DNA of 62,213 bases, counting the filler, from Dimorphilus gyrociliatus (Eukaryota; Animalia; Annelida): assembly GCA_904063045.1 (NCBI GenBank). It is 3 parts of 3 records of this genome, joined end to end, with 100 filler letters (N's around TTAATTAATTAA, not from the genome) between each part and the next. Parts side by side here need not be neighbours in the genome. Positions count along the whole stretch, not along the records: positions 1 to 30,524 come from CAJFCJ010000187.1; 2 more parts are not named here. The stretch is one strand, 5' to 3'. Position 1 is the first letter of the stretch. Each line of letters begins with the position of its first letter. The notes under the pieces were generated by a model, which was given only the letters and a program-made list of their open reading frames with translations, had not been told where the DNA came from and searched no databases. The position numbers were made by a program, and so were the translations under genes. Below, one piece after another: positions 1-13,150 of this stretch.

Positions 1-2220
1 ATTTATATTTGGCTGAGGATGTCAATAAAAGAAAAGGCATGATATAAATATTATATTGTATTTTTATCAGATAGGAAATAAGAAACTACACTGAGTTTTT
101 GAATTTACAAAAAATATACGAAAATAATAAAAACCTGGTTCATAGATTATCAAGAAAAAGAACAGTTTAATAAAACCGTACCTAAAATCTTTGGATCTAA
201 TATAATAAAGGATCCACCAATGTCTATTCGGAATGCTGCAATTACAATTTAAAATTTAGTCGCTAAAAGAAAGAAAAGTAATAAGATAGTATATGTTACA
301 AAAAAGCGCGAGACAGCTATAATTTTTACTTATTCACTTACCGATACAAATCTGTCTTCCCAGTATACAATACTTGCACAGGTTAATTTATATATCTTGG
401 TGTTGATAGATTGGATAACAGGTATATGGAGGTGGAACATTAAACAACTAATACCATGATATAACACCATTAAGTTCAACATCATAAGATCTTAAAAAGA
501 ACTTATATCAGCATATATTTCGTAGTGTATCACTCCATTATATAACGAGCTAAGTATCATCAATCTAATCGGCCTTCTATTGATAAAAGGTTAAATACAG
601 AACCTAACTGGGAAGCTGAGCATCTAGGCACATGTCTGCGGCGATACCAAAAATAGAAGGAATATACATACTAGCACATACATTACTCAACTAAGTTTCA
701 AATGCAAAGACAAAAATAAACGAAATGTCGGAAATGGGAAAATCTATAATTTTAAGAAAGTCTCCTAATTCAACAAATTATATCATAAACAGAAGGAAGG
801 TAAATGCTGAGAAACCACTTAAAACTGGTACGAGCTCTACATGATAAATTTGCATAATACTAAGAAATATTGATCAAGAAATAGGATTTCAAGAAAGACT
901 ATTTAAATATAGTCTGTGGACAGGTCGAGATAGGACCCTTCTTTCAGTAAAAAAGTACACCGATAATCAAGAAATAGATGTATATCTAAATATATGAACC
1001 ACAGAAACTTTATAACTATCAAAGTCATCCAGTAGAAACGCCTATCTAGAACACCCATATCCAGAATGAGAGAATTGTATTTAGCTGATGGGCCAACTAA
1101 TAGGATTACAGCGTAATCTACCTGAAAGATGAGATGTTAATAATAGAATCAAAAACTTGGGTAATATATACTCCTGAAGAAAAGGCTTTCTTTAGAGTCC
1201 TAATTATGATGGAGGATGACATAGAATTAGATTTAAACAATTCAAAAAATACCAATTAGGCCATGGGATAATGATTTAGACTGTTACTTAGCAGATAATA
1301 AAGTTCACAAAAGGCTTATTGCAATCAATAACATTACGATATTATTAAATAGAGAAAAGCTGACTAATGCCACTGGGAGATTGGAAGGTGAACAGTATGG
1401 AACAAGGATGCTAAACAAGGACACCCACAGAGGATCTACAACATTACCCTAAATATCAGATAAAAAAATACATGAAAGAGTTGTCAAAAGATAACTCCAT
1501 GATGAGCTAAAACTCTTAATATTACTCTTCAACCTTCTTTACTAATAATAAATGGGGAATCAAGATGAGTAATTGTAAACTCGACCTTTGCTATTTCCAA
1601 AAACTAATGGTTCCTTGACCTAATTATAATATCGCATCATTTTCTGATAAGTAGATGCGAAAAATGGATATTTCAAAATGCCTGTTAAGAGGAAAATCGA
1701 CGATTACAGTACTTAGCATCGACTACTAGACTTATGTATTTAAGAGAATACCGTTCAGACTATCCAGTGTGCTAAAAAAGTTCAATACAGAATGATAAAC
1801 ATTTTAAGTCTTATTTATTATACCAAAGTATTCTTAGACACATACTAATACATCCAACAACTAGAAAAAGATTATTTGCATATAAAAGAAGTAAAAAAAT
1901 CTTACAACCGGGAACCTAAAAAATCAAGATATAGATAGAAAAGGCAATACTTACAGTAATATCATATTTAACAAGGAATACATCTATATATATTAAGAAT
2001 AACGGAATTTAAAACATCAACTAGGTAAATAAAAAGGTTATATAGAACACCATAAGATTTCTGAATTGATATAGCACATATTATATAAACTTCTCAGAAA
2101 AATCCGCAGTATATATGATAAGTTAAGGGAAATCAGAATACCTGCAACTAAGAAGATAGAACTATAATAGAGGAACTAATGGGAAAAATAAAAAAAAAGT
2201 TATAGAGTGGATGTGATACC
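1..2220 (+). mobile_element. Degraded Ty3/gypsy-type LTR retrotransposon pol remnant (integrase core, then RT), copy 1
   Basis: Hand translation across stops and frameshifts gives integrase-like YILVLIDW (~390-420) and LHYITS-x-YHQSN (~530-570). RT-like motifs follow: DAKNGYFKMP (~1655), YVFKRIPFRL (~1735, cf. YEFxRMPFGL) and KVFLD (~1825, cf. YLDD). No intact ORF and no LTR seen. Confidence 0.65.
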
Positions 2221-2539
2221 CTTGAGGAACCGATAAAATTTTTAATTAAAAATTATTTCTTTAGGAAACCATTCTTTAAAGTGATCTTTGTTCTTAGATA
2301 AAAATTTTATAACTATTTTTCACTTCAAAATAAAAAAATTATACAATATTCATAGTTTTGTCGTGTAAGATCTTATTTGGTTGTTTATTTTTATAATAAC
2401 ATCTTTGTATTCTATCCCAATTCTTAAAAGTTAACTACCTTGCCTTTCTCACTTTTATCTTACCAGAACTTGAATGTTCTGCTTCGTTTTTGTACCATAT
2501 TCTATGATGCTTATTTCTCTATTTTCTTCAATACGATTG

Positions 2540-3290
2540 CTCTAGCTCAACAATTATAGACATTTTTCGTCGAAACGGACTTTATAGCTTGAGAAATCGC
2601 AGTATCCCAAAAATATTCGCTTTGTAATAAGATTGGAATGATGCATATTCAACGCCTCTTATTTATTGAATATATTAGTTTTTAGAAATTTAATTTTTTT
2701 TAAACAACTTTATTACTTCCATATCAAGAGGGTATAATAAACTTATTGAGTTAGCAGTTAAAATAGAAATATAACATTTGAAAAGTAATGGATCTTGTAT
2801 CACGAGAAATTATCTAAAAGAACAAGCATCTCTCTTTGTAACTATTTCATTTTCTCATTTATGGCTTGAAAGTACAAAATAATTTTTTTGATAACCAAGG
2901 CATATTCACTTTATATCTTATTTTCGTAGGGGTTAGTGCGTCAGGCTTCTACGTTTTTCCTATAATTAATGTATTCAAAAATTTCTTTTATATTTACAAT
3001 TAATAAAGCTGATATTTGTGTTTTAGGTTTTGAAATTCTTTTTGAAAGTGTTTCTTCTCCTTTTTGTACATAGAATCTGTTATATGGGTGTTTAAAATAC
3101 AGACTTGTTTCATCACTTTTAAAAATATCATCTGAGGATATCATTATACTATTAGTCAAATTCTGATTCATTAATTTTTGTTTAGGTTTGATAAATTTTA
3201 ATAGTTTTGAGCTGATTTTCTTTTATACTTAAATATTAAAGTATCCATTATTTTTATTTTTCCAAATTGTACATTGTTGTTTTTAATAAT
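2540..3290 (-). mobile_element. pogo/Tigger-type (DDE_1, CENP-B-like) transposase pseudogene, copy 1
   Basis: ORF 2941-3171 contains DDIFKSDETSLY...KGEE...ALLIVNIK (cf. IFNxDETGL...NxxG). Read in the cleaner copy 2, downstream frames give LLDNFS*...SNVIFLFLTANSISLLYPL (cf. LLDNxxxH...FLPPNTTSxLQPLD) and VSTKNVYNC*ARA (cf. VxxxTIxNCWxKA). Confidence 0.75.
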
Positions 3291-3294
3291 TTTT

Positions 3295-6200
3295 GCGGTG
3301 CAACGTAGATATTCAAAAGAAATATGCACAGCTATATGTTGTCGATAATGAAATGGCAACTAATATAAGATTAAATAATAAAGCAAACGTAGGCTGTCAA
3401 AAAAACATCTTACAAAACTGGATAATTTAATGAGAGAGTCAAATCCATTTGCTAAAAGTTATAAAAACATCTCTCAAATCGAAAAGGAAACATCGACAGG
3501 CTATCTCAATATGGAGCTGGTAGATGATAGCAACAGAAAGGACTGCTTAAGAAGAGATTCAGTACTAAAAAGGTAGAAATAGCAATGGTATTTAACGACT
3601 CAAATGGAGAACCACCAATGGATCGAGATATAAAGGTGTATCCAAAAGAAAATACATTCAGTGAAAAATAGATATACTAAGTCATAATCTCGATCCAATG
3701 GTATACTCATTATTTTATCCATATGGTGAAAAGGGATGGAGCACTAATCTAACAAATGGTGGTAAAAAGATATCATGCTGCAGCACAAAGTATCACAGAC
3801 TGCAGTCAGACTAGATAATTTAATCCTCTATTATATGGCTCAAGACTATTCCAGCAATGGATCATAGACTCTTATCTACAGGTAAAGCCAATAATTTAAA
3901 CTATATAAGACTAATCAAAAAAATTGAGAGTTGAAAAATATAGAGGATAATGGATAGTCTAAATAATGATACAGAGGATATAGAAACCAATTATATTACC
4001 ATCAACCTTCCAAGGCTCTCCGCGTAATATGAGAGAGAGATATAATGATGCGATGGCAATAGTTGGGAAGTATGGAAAGCCAGATCTTTTCATAACAATG
4101 ACATGTAATCCAACTGGAAGGAAATAAAAGAAACCTCTTTGATGGCCAAACAGCATCTGACAGGCCAGATTTAGTAGCTCGAGTATTTAAATAAAACTAT
4201 ACGAGCTTAAAAAAGACTTAATTAAAAATAAATATTTGGTAAATAGAGGCTTTTATATATACCATTGAGTTCCAGAAAAGAGGCTCCCACATGCTCACAT
4301 ATTAATTATTCTGGATAAAAAAAATAAAATAGAAACAGTTGAGCGAATAAATGAGGTGGTATCTGCAGAGATACCAATAATGATAAAATTTTACAATCTA
4401 AGTGCTCAAACATATGATACATGGTCCCTGTGGGGAGACAAACTCAAACTCACCATGCATGGAAAATGGTGAATGTACTAAGGAGTATCCTAAGCAATAC
4501 TGTGAGGATACTAAAGTTGGAGATAACTGTTATCCAACTTACATGAGAAGAAAGGGACATGTATATAAATATAAAAAATACACAGTCGACAATAGAAATG
4601 TTGTTCCTACAACAAATACTTATTACTGAAATACAATTGTCATATTAATGTTGAAATCTGCTCGAGCATAAAATCAGTAAAGTATATTTTAAATATGTAT
4701 ATAAAGGTTATGACTGTGCAAATATAAATTATTTAATGGTAATGAGATTGAGCAGTATCTCAGCACAGATACATGAGTGCACCAGAAGCAATGTGGAGGC
4801 TTCTTGAACACAAAATGCATGATAAGTCCATGCAATAATAAGATTACCTGTTCATCTTCCTGAACAACAAAATATAATATTTAATGAGGACTTTACAAAG
4901 GAATAAAGAATATAGTCTAATTTTAATTAATGGCATGGTTTGAGTTAAATAGAGTAGATAAAGATGCCAATAAATATTTATATACCGAAATTCCTCTTTA
5001 TTATCATTCGAAAAGGGCCTCTGGAAGAAAAGACAGAGGAATTTAACAAATATATTCCTCGAATGTATACAGTCACACCTAATGATAGAGAAAGATTCTA
5101 TCTAAGAATGTACTATTACATTAAAAGGTGCCAAGTCATTCAATGACTTATTAACATAATAAATTAAATATAATCATTGAGGAAGCAGCAGAGGCATTGG
5201 GATTACTATCTACTGATAGTGAGTGGTATAGGTGCATGGAAGAGGCATGTATGACATTAAAGCCTCAGCAAATAAGACAAGTATTTGCTTATATCTGTGT
5301 ATTAAACAGACCTCATAATACCAAAAAACTCTTCTATGATTTCATAGAAGACATGACAGAGGACTTTCAAGACGATGCTAAAATCAAGCATTAATTGAAA
5401 TTGAAAACATATTTAAATTACACAGTTTTAATTGTAATACTTTTAACCTCCCACAAAACTTGAGTCGCCAAAATAATACAAAATCAAAAAATGAAAATAT
5501 TATCAAATTATAGTTTATTTAATAGGAACAGAGGAGTGCTTTTGATAAAATCATCAAAAGACTTGAAACAGATGAGATAAGCGTTTTATGTTCCTTGACG
5601 GACAGGTGGCTCTGGAAATCTTTCCTATATGAAACACTGATCAATTATTTAGAAAGGCAATGATAAATCAGTGATAATATCTGCAACAACAGGAATAGCC
5701 GCAGATATATTCGAAAATGGCAGAACACTCTATTCCACATTCAAACTGCCTATACCATTATTGAAAACAGTAGATCATCAATGGATATTAATTCAAAGCA
5801 TACAAATAAATAAAAGTGCAACACTAATCATTATAGATGAGGTTAGCATGATGTCAAAACATGCTTTATGCCATTGATGATTTATTAAGAGAATTTGAAA
5901 AATAATAAGCTGAGTGATAATAAATTTATATTACTCGGTGGTGATTTCAGAAGACTACCAATATTGTTGTAATGGTAATAAAAATGATATAATTGAGAAC
6001 TCAATAAAAAGCTCTCCTCTGTGGAAATATGTTATATTATTAAATTAAAAGAAAATATGAGAGCCATCAAACAAATAAAATTTAATAAGTGGTTAATGAA
6101 AGTTGGAAATGGAAAAACAAACTTAATAGAGATACCAAAAAATATATCGAAAACAAAAATTTAATAAAACAAATATTTGGTACTAAAATAGATAACAGTA

Positions 6201-6896
6201 ATAATAATATAGCCAACAGAGTAATACTTACAACCAAAAATGAGTTCTCAAATAAAATAAACAATGATATAACAAATTTAATTAGTGGAGATGAAAGTGT
6301 TTATTTAAGCTCTGATTCAGTGGTTTCAGATGATGAAGACTTAAAGAATAATTATACCACTGAATTTCTAAACAAACAGCAGCTAATTCTCATGAATTAA
6401 GACTTAAAGTAGGCATCGTAATGCTAATAAGAAATATAGATCAAAAAAGGGCTTTTAAATGGAACTAGAATGGTTATACAGGAAATGCATACCATATAAT
6501 TAAATGTGAATACTTAAAGGTAATAATAAAGGTTGTGTTTGTGTTATCCGAGTATTGATATAGCACCCAGTGAAACAGCTGCCTTTCGTATTAAAAAGGA
6601 ACAGTTCCCAAATCCACCTCTGAATACATTTTATTACACAGGACAGCATTTGATAAGTTGGTTTTATTACCATAGCCTGTTTTTGCACATGGTCAATTAT
6701 ATGTGCTCTTTCTAGAGTAAAAGATAATAATAATTTGAACATATTTATTGAAAAGGAGGCACAAACCACCGAAAAGGGGAAGATATTTATTGATAATGTT
6801 GTTTACAAAGAGCTATTATAAAGAAGAAAATTTTTTATGTGTTGATAGTTTATTTATTCAACCTCCTGTTTTTAAAACGGGTGCTAAACTTATTAG
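3295..6896 (+). mobile_element. Helitron Rep/PIF1-helicase, 5'-truncated and frameshifted, copy 1
   Basis: Motifs in order: YAQLYVVD, FQQWIIDSY, GKPDLFITMTC, IEFQKR..HAHILI (HUH), HGPCG, YxYKGYD, Walker A-like GGSGK, SATTGIAA, IIIDEVSMM, GGDFRQ, VILTTKNE, NGTR, HGQLYV. Candidate 3' hairpin at 6865-6881. Confidence 0.95.
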
Positions 6897-6897
6897 T
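6865..6897 (+). other. Candidate Helitron 3' terminus (subterminal hairpin, then TTAG|T)
   Basis: CCTGTTTT-T-AAAACGGG stem followed about 11 nt later by TTAG|T (canonical CTRR|T). Homology with the Helitron-free third module copy starts within about 8 nt downstream. Mirror copy at 17561-17592. Confidence 0.5.
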
Positions 6898-8170
6898 TAT
6901 ATTATAAAAAATTCCAAAAAAATTTTAGTATTATATAGTTAAGCAAACCAGTTTCTTAAGATAAATTTAAATAAGAACCCGCGTAATTTAACATTAAGTG
7001 TATACTAATAAGAATTACACTCCTTGTACATCTAAACCTATAGATGTGTTTTAGTTAAATTTATGAAGCCATCGTTATAAATTTCTAGGTTCATTTATTA
7101 ATCATTATTATAGAATCTATCAGATACATATACATTTTTTATTTAGTTCATATCAAAATATTCACTTATTATACTTTATCTTCCATTATTCTTTTGTTCG
7201 TCATATTCATCTATTAATTTACAATGTTTTTTTTATTTTATATAAATATGGTGAAATGTTAAGTTTTCAGTCCTAAGTTTAGCGAATTTCACCTCAACTT
7301 CTTTTTTTTTAGTTTAATCATTCATTTAGAGATTTCTGAGCCAACTATCAATAAGTTATTCTTAAATTATATTGTAAACTAATAAAAGATTATCATTAAG
7401 CTTATTTAGACTATCTGCTTAATTTATACATAATGTATTTCATTAAACATTTTTACTGTTTTATTTCTAGTGGAAGAAAAAGTACTCATGTAAATCTCTA
7501 CAAATTGACAATACACTCTTAATCTTGGCTTTCCTCTAAAACAGCTTGGTATGATTTCTTTATCAATTTTATGTAACTAAACTTCTATTTCTTTGATGAA
7601 TCACACTATCTGAAAGAACTTGCTTTTTAACAACTATGTTTATTTTTTATTAGGAACCCTCGAGTTGTATGATATCATATGCTAGATTTATGATACTTTG
7701 TATCTCATACACATAAATGTTTTTTTTTAAGCCCTTAGACGAATTTAAAAAATTAGTTTCTTAATTTTTTTACGGTGCCTTATTCAGTTATTCAGGTTTT
7801 GAGCTAAAATCTTTGTGGTTGAATATGAAACTATCTAACATGAAGATACCTATAATTATATAATATAGAACATTTTAATATAGTACCTGATAAAAGAATT
7901 TGATGTAAAGACTCTTTATAATATATAATTTAAATGTTTGATTATATTTATTTTATAGAATTATATGAAAAATAGCATAAAACTTTTTTTTAAAAAAGGT
8001 ATAATAACATATTAAAATATTATTGAATACAAAAATTCAATAATAATTAATTAATAATCAAAGTTTAACTATAACACTATATAATCCTATAATAAGTATA
8101 GTAAATAACAAATAGAATAAAATAAGAATAGATTTCTCCTAAAAATTAAAAGTTTATCTTTATGTGTTTA

Positions 8171-9481
8171 TTATATACATCCACATGCCAGTTTCGATAG
8201 AAGAGGCTTGGTTCTACCATTCACATCTTTATTCCACTCATCAACAGTTTCTGAAAAATCACTTTCCGCTCTATATTATTGAATCTACTATCAACGCTTG
8301 TAAATTAATTCTTGCCAATTTACAATACGAGGATTATCTAAATTAACAGGACCAAAGAAAATTGGTGAAAATCTTTTAGCAGAGATAAGAAAGTTATTTT
8401 CTCTTTGTCTTCTGTATTGACAGCCTTTTCTTCTATTTTTAAAAATAATTTGAATATTTGGATAATTAAATTGTATCGCTGCTCCCGAGCCCAGTACAAG
8501 TAATTTGGCCATTTCTTTAATTTTTTTACATCCTATTCTTTTTCATTATTTCTAGAAACTTGGAGAATGGGCTTATAATATGGCTGGGAATGATCTCTCC
8601 AGCATTTCGAACGTGGCTTAAAACCGCGTATAAGAACTGTTCTCTGGTGTATTTCATATTTACTATAAAACATTTACTGTTGATTTCTTTTTCGATGGCT
8701 CTTATTGAATTTATACTCACTGAATTTAATTTTTCCGTTTCTAGAGCTCACTACAAATATAGTCACTGATTATATCAAAATATCGGGTAATCTTAAGCTC
8801 GGGCAGTTCAATAACCTCCTTCCAGTGAAGAACTGAGATAAGTTGCTGGAGATGGCCTTAAAAATCGTAACTTTTTTTCCTATATTTTTTGGCTTTATGA
8901 AGTGAATATTTTTGGTATTTCGAATCAGCATATAAATCTCTAAGCTTGTTTATAGGATTTTTCTTAAGTGCAGTCTTTATTTCCTGATTTGAATAAGCCA
9001 TAGCTTCACATCTATGTTAGACTCGGTTGAAAAAAGCCTTTTTGTTTTCTTTTCATCTTCTTTTTGTAGTACTTCAATTTTACTTTCATCAACTTGTTGA
9101 TCCTCTTGCTTATCAATCTTCTTTTCATCAGAGTAGTCGAATATTAAATTAATTTCAGTATCCTCAATTAACTTCTCTTTATCATCTTCTTCGACTGGTG
9201 TACTAGTTTTAACAGTTTTCTTCGACCTCATGAGAAATATCATCAGATTTATGATCTTGTAAATCCTCTTTAGCTGGCTTTTCAGTTTCACCATCATCTA
9301 CTCCCTAAAGCTATTTCATCTGCTTTATTATATTCTTGTTTAAATGTTTTACTACTATAGGATGGAATGGTAGTATTATTTTCTTCAATGGATGCTAAAT
9401 TTTCTTCAATAGATTCATTCTCTTCTTCTGTTGTTAGAGAAAAATGATTTCTTGTAACATGTCTAGACTCAGTAGCTTCCA
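8171..9481 (-). pseudogene. Acidic/RhoGAP-like protein, copy 1 (5' end in the N gap; many 1-bp indels; divergent variant)
   Basis: Reverse-complement homolog of 14694-16266. Has an in-frame 75-bp deletion and a substitution-rich tract at about 8800-8960. The breaks could be sequencing errors. Confidence 0.75.
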
Positions 9482-9826
9482 NNNNNNNNNNNNNNNNNNN
9501 NNNNNNNNNNNNNNNNNNNNNNNNNNNNNNNNNNNNNNNNNNNNNNNNNNNNNNNNNNNNNNNNNNNNNNNNNNNNNNNNNNNNNNNNNNNNNNNNNNNN
9601 NNNNNNNNNNNNNNNNNNNNNNNNNNNNNNNNNNNNNNNNNNNNNNNNNNNNNNNNNNNNNNNNNNNNNNNNNNNNNNNNNNNNNNNNNNNNNNNNNNNN
9701 NNNNNNNNNNNNNNNNNNNNNNNNNNNNNNNNNNNNNNNNNNNNNNNNNNNNNNNNNNNNNNNNNNNNNNNNNNNNNNNNNNNNNNNNNNNNNNNNNNNN
9801 NNNNNNNNNNNNNNNNNNNNNNNNNN
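9482..9826. other. Sized scaffold gap (345 N)
   Basis: Run of N. Confidence 1.
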
Positions 9827-10233
9827 AATATTTCTTTATTGATAGTATAATGAGTTTATAAACAACTATTTGAAGCGAATATACGAACAATTTAATATTA
9901 ATAATAAATAAAAAAAGTATAGAATAAGACCTAGCCCAATTATATATTGAGTGTTGTATTTGTATGTTTAAACTTCATGGAACATCGTTTTACACTTATA
10001 TCTTTTTATTAAACATTTATCTACTGGAGTATATTATATTCCTTAAAACAATTTAATATTATCTTTTAGTAGTTTAATAAGATATTTTGACTAAATTGTA
10101 ATTATGTAAACAAAAAAGGTGCTTTGAAACCTTTTCATAATATATTATAACTCAAGCTCAAGTCTTTGTTTATATACATGATACTTTACGTCTCGACCAA
10201 AACTATAAAAAGGATAATGTTTTGTTTAATTCC

Positions 10234-10713
10234 ATGCTTTTAGATTTAATTGTTTTGAATTTACTTGGAGAAGTTGAAGATGCAGACTTGTTCTCTGCTA
10301 TTGCACGCGGCCCTACTTCATGGAATGACCTGGTTTACAGTGCACCCTATGAAAACACTAATACAAAGCCTATTCAAACTCGTGCAGACATCGAAAGGCG
10401 TGAAGCACTTGATTGCTATTATAGAAATCATGGCAAAATGCACAGTAATAGCTACAATAGCCAGCCTGCCCTACAGTTGGCTCTAGCCGAACTTGACGCT
10501 GAGATAGAAGGAACTGAAATAGCGGAGCAACTTTTAGCCGATTTGACTAGGCCATGTTGTTTTAGCGATTTGAATGATTCTTGCAGGCTCTATTACGTTA
10601 ATAAAACAGTGATAGAAGACCAGGCAAGACGAGAAAGACAAAGGCAAAGAAGATACAAGTATAGACATTGTGGTGTTCCTTTTTATACCCCTATCTCTAA
10701 CTGGTATGGATAA
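10234..10713 (+). CDS. Hypothetical 159-aa protein, hydrophobic N-terminus (possible signal peptide), single exon
   Basis: Open frame visibly richer in GC than its flanks. TATAAAA at 10204-10210, TCC-ATG start at 10234, AATAAA at 10728 and 10735. No family recognised. Confidence 0.7.
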   Translation: MLLDLIVLNLLGEVEDADLFSAIARGPTSWNDLVYSAPYENTNTKPIQTRADIERREALDCYYRNHGKMHSNSYNSQPALQLALAELDAEIEGTEIAEQLLADLTRPCCFSDLNDSCRLYYVNKTVIEDQARRERQRQRRYKYRHCGVPFYTPISNWYG

Positions 10714-12319
10714 TATTCTAGCTTAAGAATAAACAATAAATCGGGTTTCCGTATAATTGTATAGTATATATTTATTTTTTCGATGTTAGATTGGGTGTTC
10801 TTTATTACTTTTAACAGTAAAAAACAAACCTTGTTTTATGAGGAATTATTCCTTATATAATGATATATGTTTATAATCGGGAAAAGGCTGTTTTTGTAAG
10901 CTTTATATTTAAATAATCATATACTTTTACCCATATTATCTCAAGAAAGCTTTAATCAACTAACCCATTGAAGCATAAATACATACTTAGATAAAAAAGA
11001 CTTATAAAGCAGATTAAAAGGCTCTAAGGTCTTATATTAAACTGTGTATTTTTAGATATTGTAAAGAAATTCTATATATTAAATTTATAAATAATAGCTT
11101 ATTGGTGTTTAAATTTCACTTTATCGTTTCCAAATATACTATTACATGTAAAGAACATCTAAATGAACATACAAGATTTAAAATGGCAGAAAGAACATAG
11201 TAAGATTTATAAAAAAATATAAGCATTCTTTAAATAACTTTACATCGTTTACTTTGTTATTTGGTATTAGATGTTTTTATTTAAAAATAGCGAGAGGGGT
11301 GCCAAATTTCCAAAACCTGTATTAAAATCTTTTTAATGATAAAATTAAAATAAAATCTTTTGCAATAAAAAAATACGTCAAAAGGCTAGGCAATCTATAT
11401 ATAAAGTTTTCAACGTTGAAAATATGGGATTTATTCCGAAATTAACAAAAACTAAATCTCATATGTTGTATTTAATTACTATAAAGAATTCTAATAAAAA
11501 AGTAGTAGAATTGTATTATACTACAATAAAAACAGCTTTATTTCCTGATTTAGAACTAACAATTGTCTATATGTATACTTCTATTCATATACCTTGACAC
11601 ACTTAAGCTTCTGAAATTACACTAGGAATAAATACAAACATAGGGCATATGATTTACAACATTGTTTTGAAATTCCACAAAAATTGGCATATAATATCTC
11701 TACGTTTTTGATCTCTGTAAATACCAAGCATACTAAAAATAACTGTCTTCACTTATTCTACTATGAAATCGCTATTTTAGACTAAATTACAATAAAAATG
11801 TATATATTACAACTTATTCAAAGAGAATTTCTTGGAAACTGTACAAAGCTAGTTTAATATAAATAAACTATATTGTAATTGTGATAACTAATGATAGTTT
11901 GAATGCAAAATTCTAGTGATAATTATAGACATGTATTACAGACTGCAACGTATATCCCTAGAAGCTACATTTTCCACTTCCTCCAGTTTTTATAATCTAT
12001 AAGTGTAACTGTAAAATATATATTTATGTTGATTTGTATAGTCTTTGATTTCAAATAAGTATATAAAACTGTTTTGTATCTTTAGAATATTATGTTGATT
12101 TTGCTATATTTTAATAAAGATATCTATAGGACTGTAAAAAAGGAGTTCAATATTTTTTATTATACTATAACTACTCTTTGCTCTATGAAACACTAATTTT
12201 CATTTTTGGAAGATAATGCAAGCTTACTGCATGTTTATACAGATATATTACTGCATTCTTTTACTACTGCTGCCTTTATATAACTTTTAGTATTGAAAAG
12301 TTTATTGCATATTTAGACT

Positions 12320-13150
12320 TGATTATGGCCTACAGCCTTTTTTTTAGGATTGCAACCAAGATATTTAACACAATGAATTTCAACTCTGGTTTTATTATCT
12401 GTAAGAGCACATTTGTTACCTCAGTTGTATGAGTGGGAACGTTGTATTGTAAAAATAAAATAAAATAATTTATCCCAGAAACAGAGCTGAACAAAGAAGG
12501 GCTTAGCATGTGAAATTTTACACAATCCAGGTTTTAATTAATAAAAACCAACTAACCACTACCATAAAATGACCCCCTCACACCATTATAAATCCTGCGA
12601 CAGATTTTATAGTATATTGAATATTTTGAATTAATTGGTTCTCATTATATTTTTTATAATTATCTTTCCATCAGGGGCCTATAGATTAAACTCTGGTTCA
12701 CCACTAAAAAAATTGTTTTCCCTCATATTTAAGCAGCTTCATCCATCTTACAGTTGCTTCGTAACGAGAAATTATATGATTAGGTATTAATAATAGTTTA
12801 TTTATATTTGTATTTGAAATTATGCTTAAATTGTTCGATAGTTATTTTTTGTTACATGTGACAATTTATATTTTGTTCTATATAAATATCTTAGATAACT
12901 TTCGATAAGATAAATATTATTATTATTTATATATAAGTCTAAATTCCTATTTTTTAATTTGCGGTCTTCCATTGCCCTCTATACGACCTACATGATTAAA
13001 AGCATTAGTCTTTTCATTACTTTCTGCATAGATGACTATGGAATCCCATAAAAAATCAAATATTTCTCATTGAAATACCTGCAATTTCCATGCGTTTTTT
13101 TCATTTTTTATTTTGTGGGCGTAATGTTGAGCCATGATGGATATTATTGT
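12320..13150 (-). mobile_element. Heavily decayed Tc1/mariner (Tc3-like) transposase remnant
   Basis: Inverted copy of 29050-29900; FSGEPEFNL*APDG at about 12670-12715. Confidence 0.55.

Larger units (their letters stand above)
1..9481. repeat. Inverted duplication arm X (partner about 14875-24499)
   Basis: End-to-end reverse-complement match checked at many anchors, e.g. GGCTGAGGATGTC at 11 vs 24481-24493, and TGGAAGCTACTGAG at 14875 vs 9481. Confidence 0.97.

Noticed and set aside
3295-6896. An active autonomous Helitron that captured the RhoGAP-like gene
   Set aside because: The RepHel is 5'-truncated with lesions shared by both copies, and the gene lies outside the candidate 3' terminus.
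6905-8150. A hidden coding gene in the triplicated non-coding part of the module
   Set aside because: Only short open stretches in all three copies, with no recognisable motif.
9294-9890. ORFs 9294-9890 and 9444-9842 in the supplied track
   Set aside because: They are open only because they cross the N gap.
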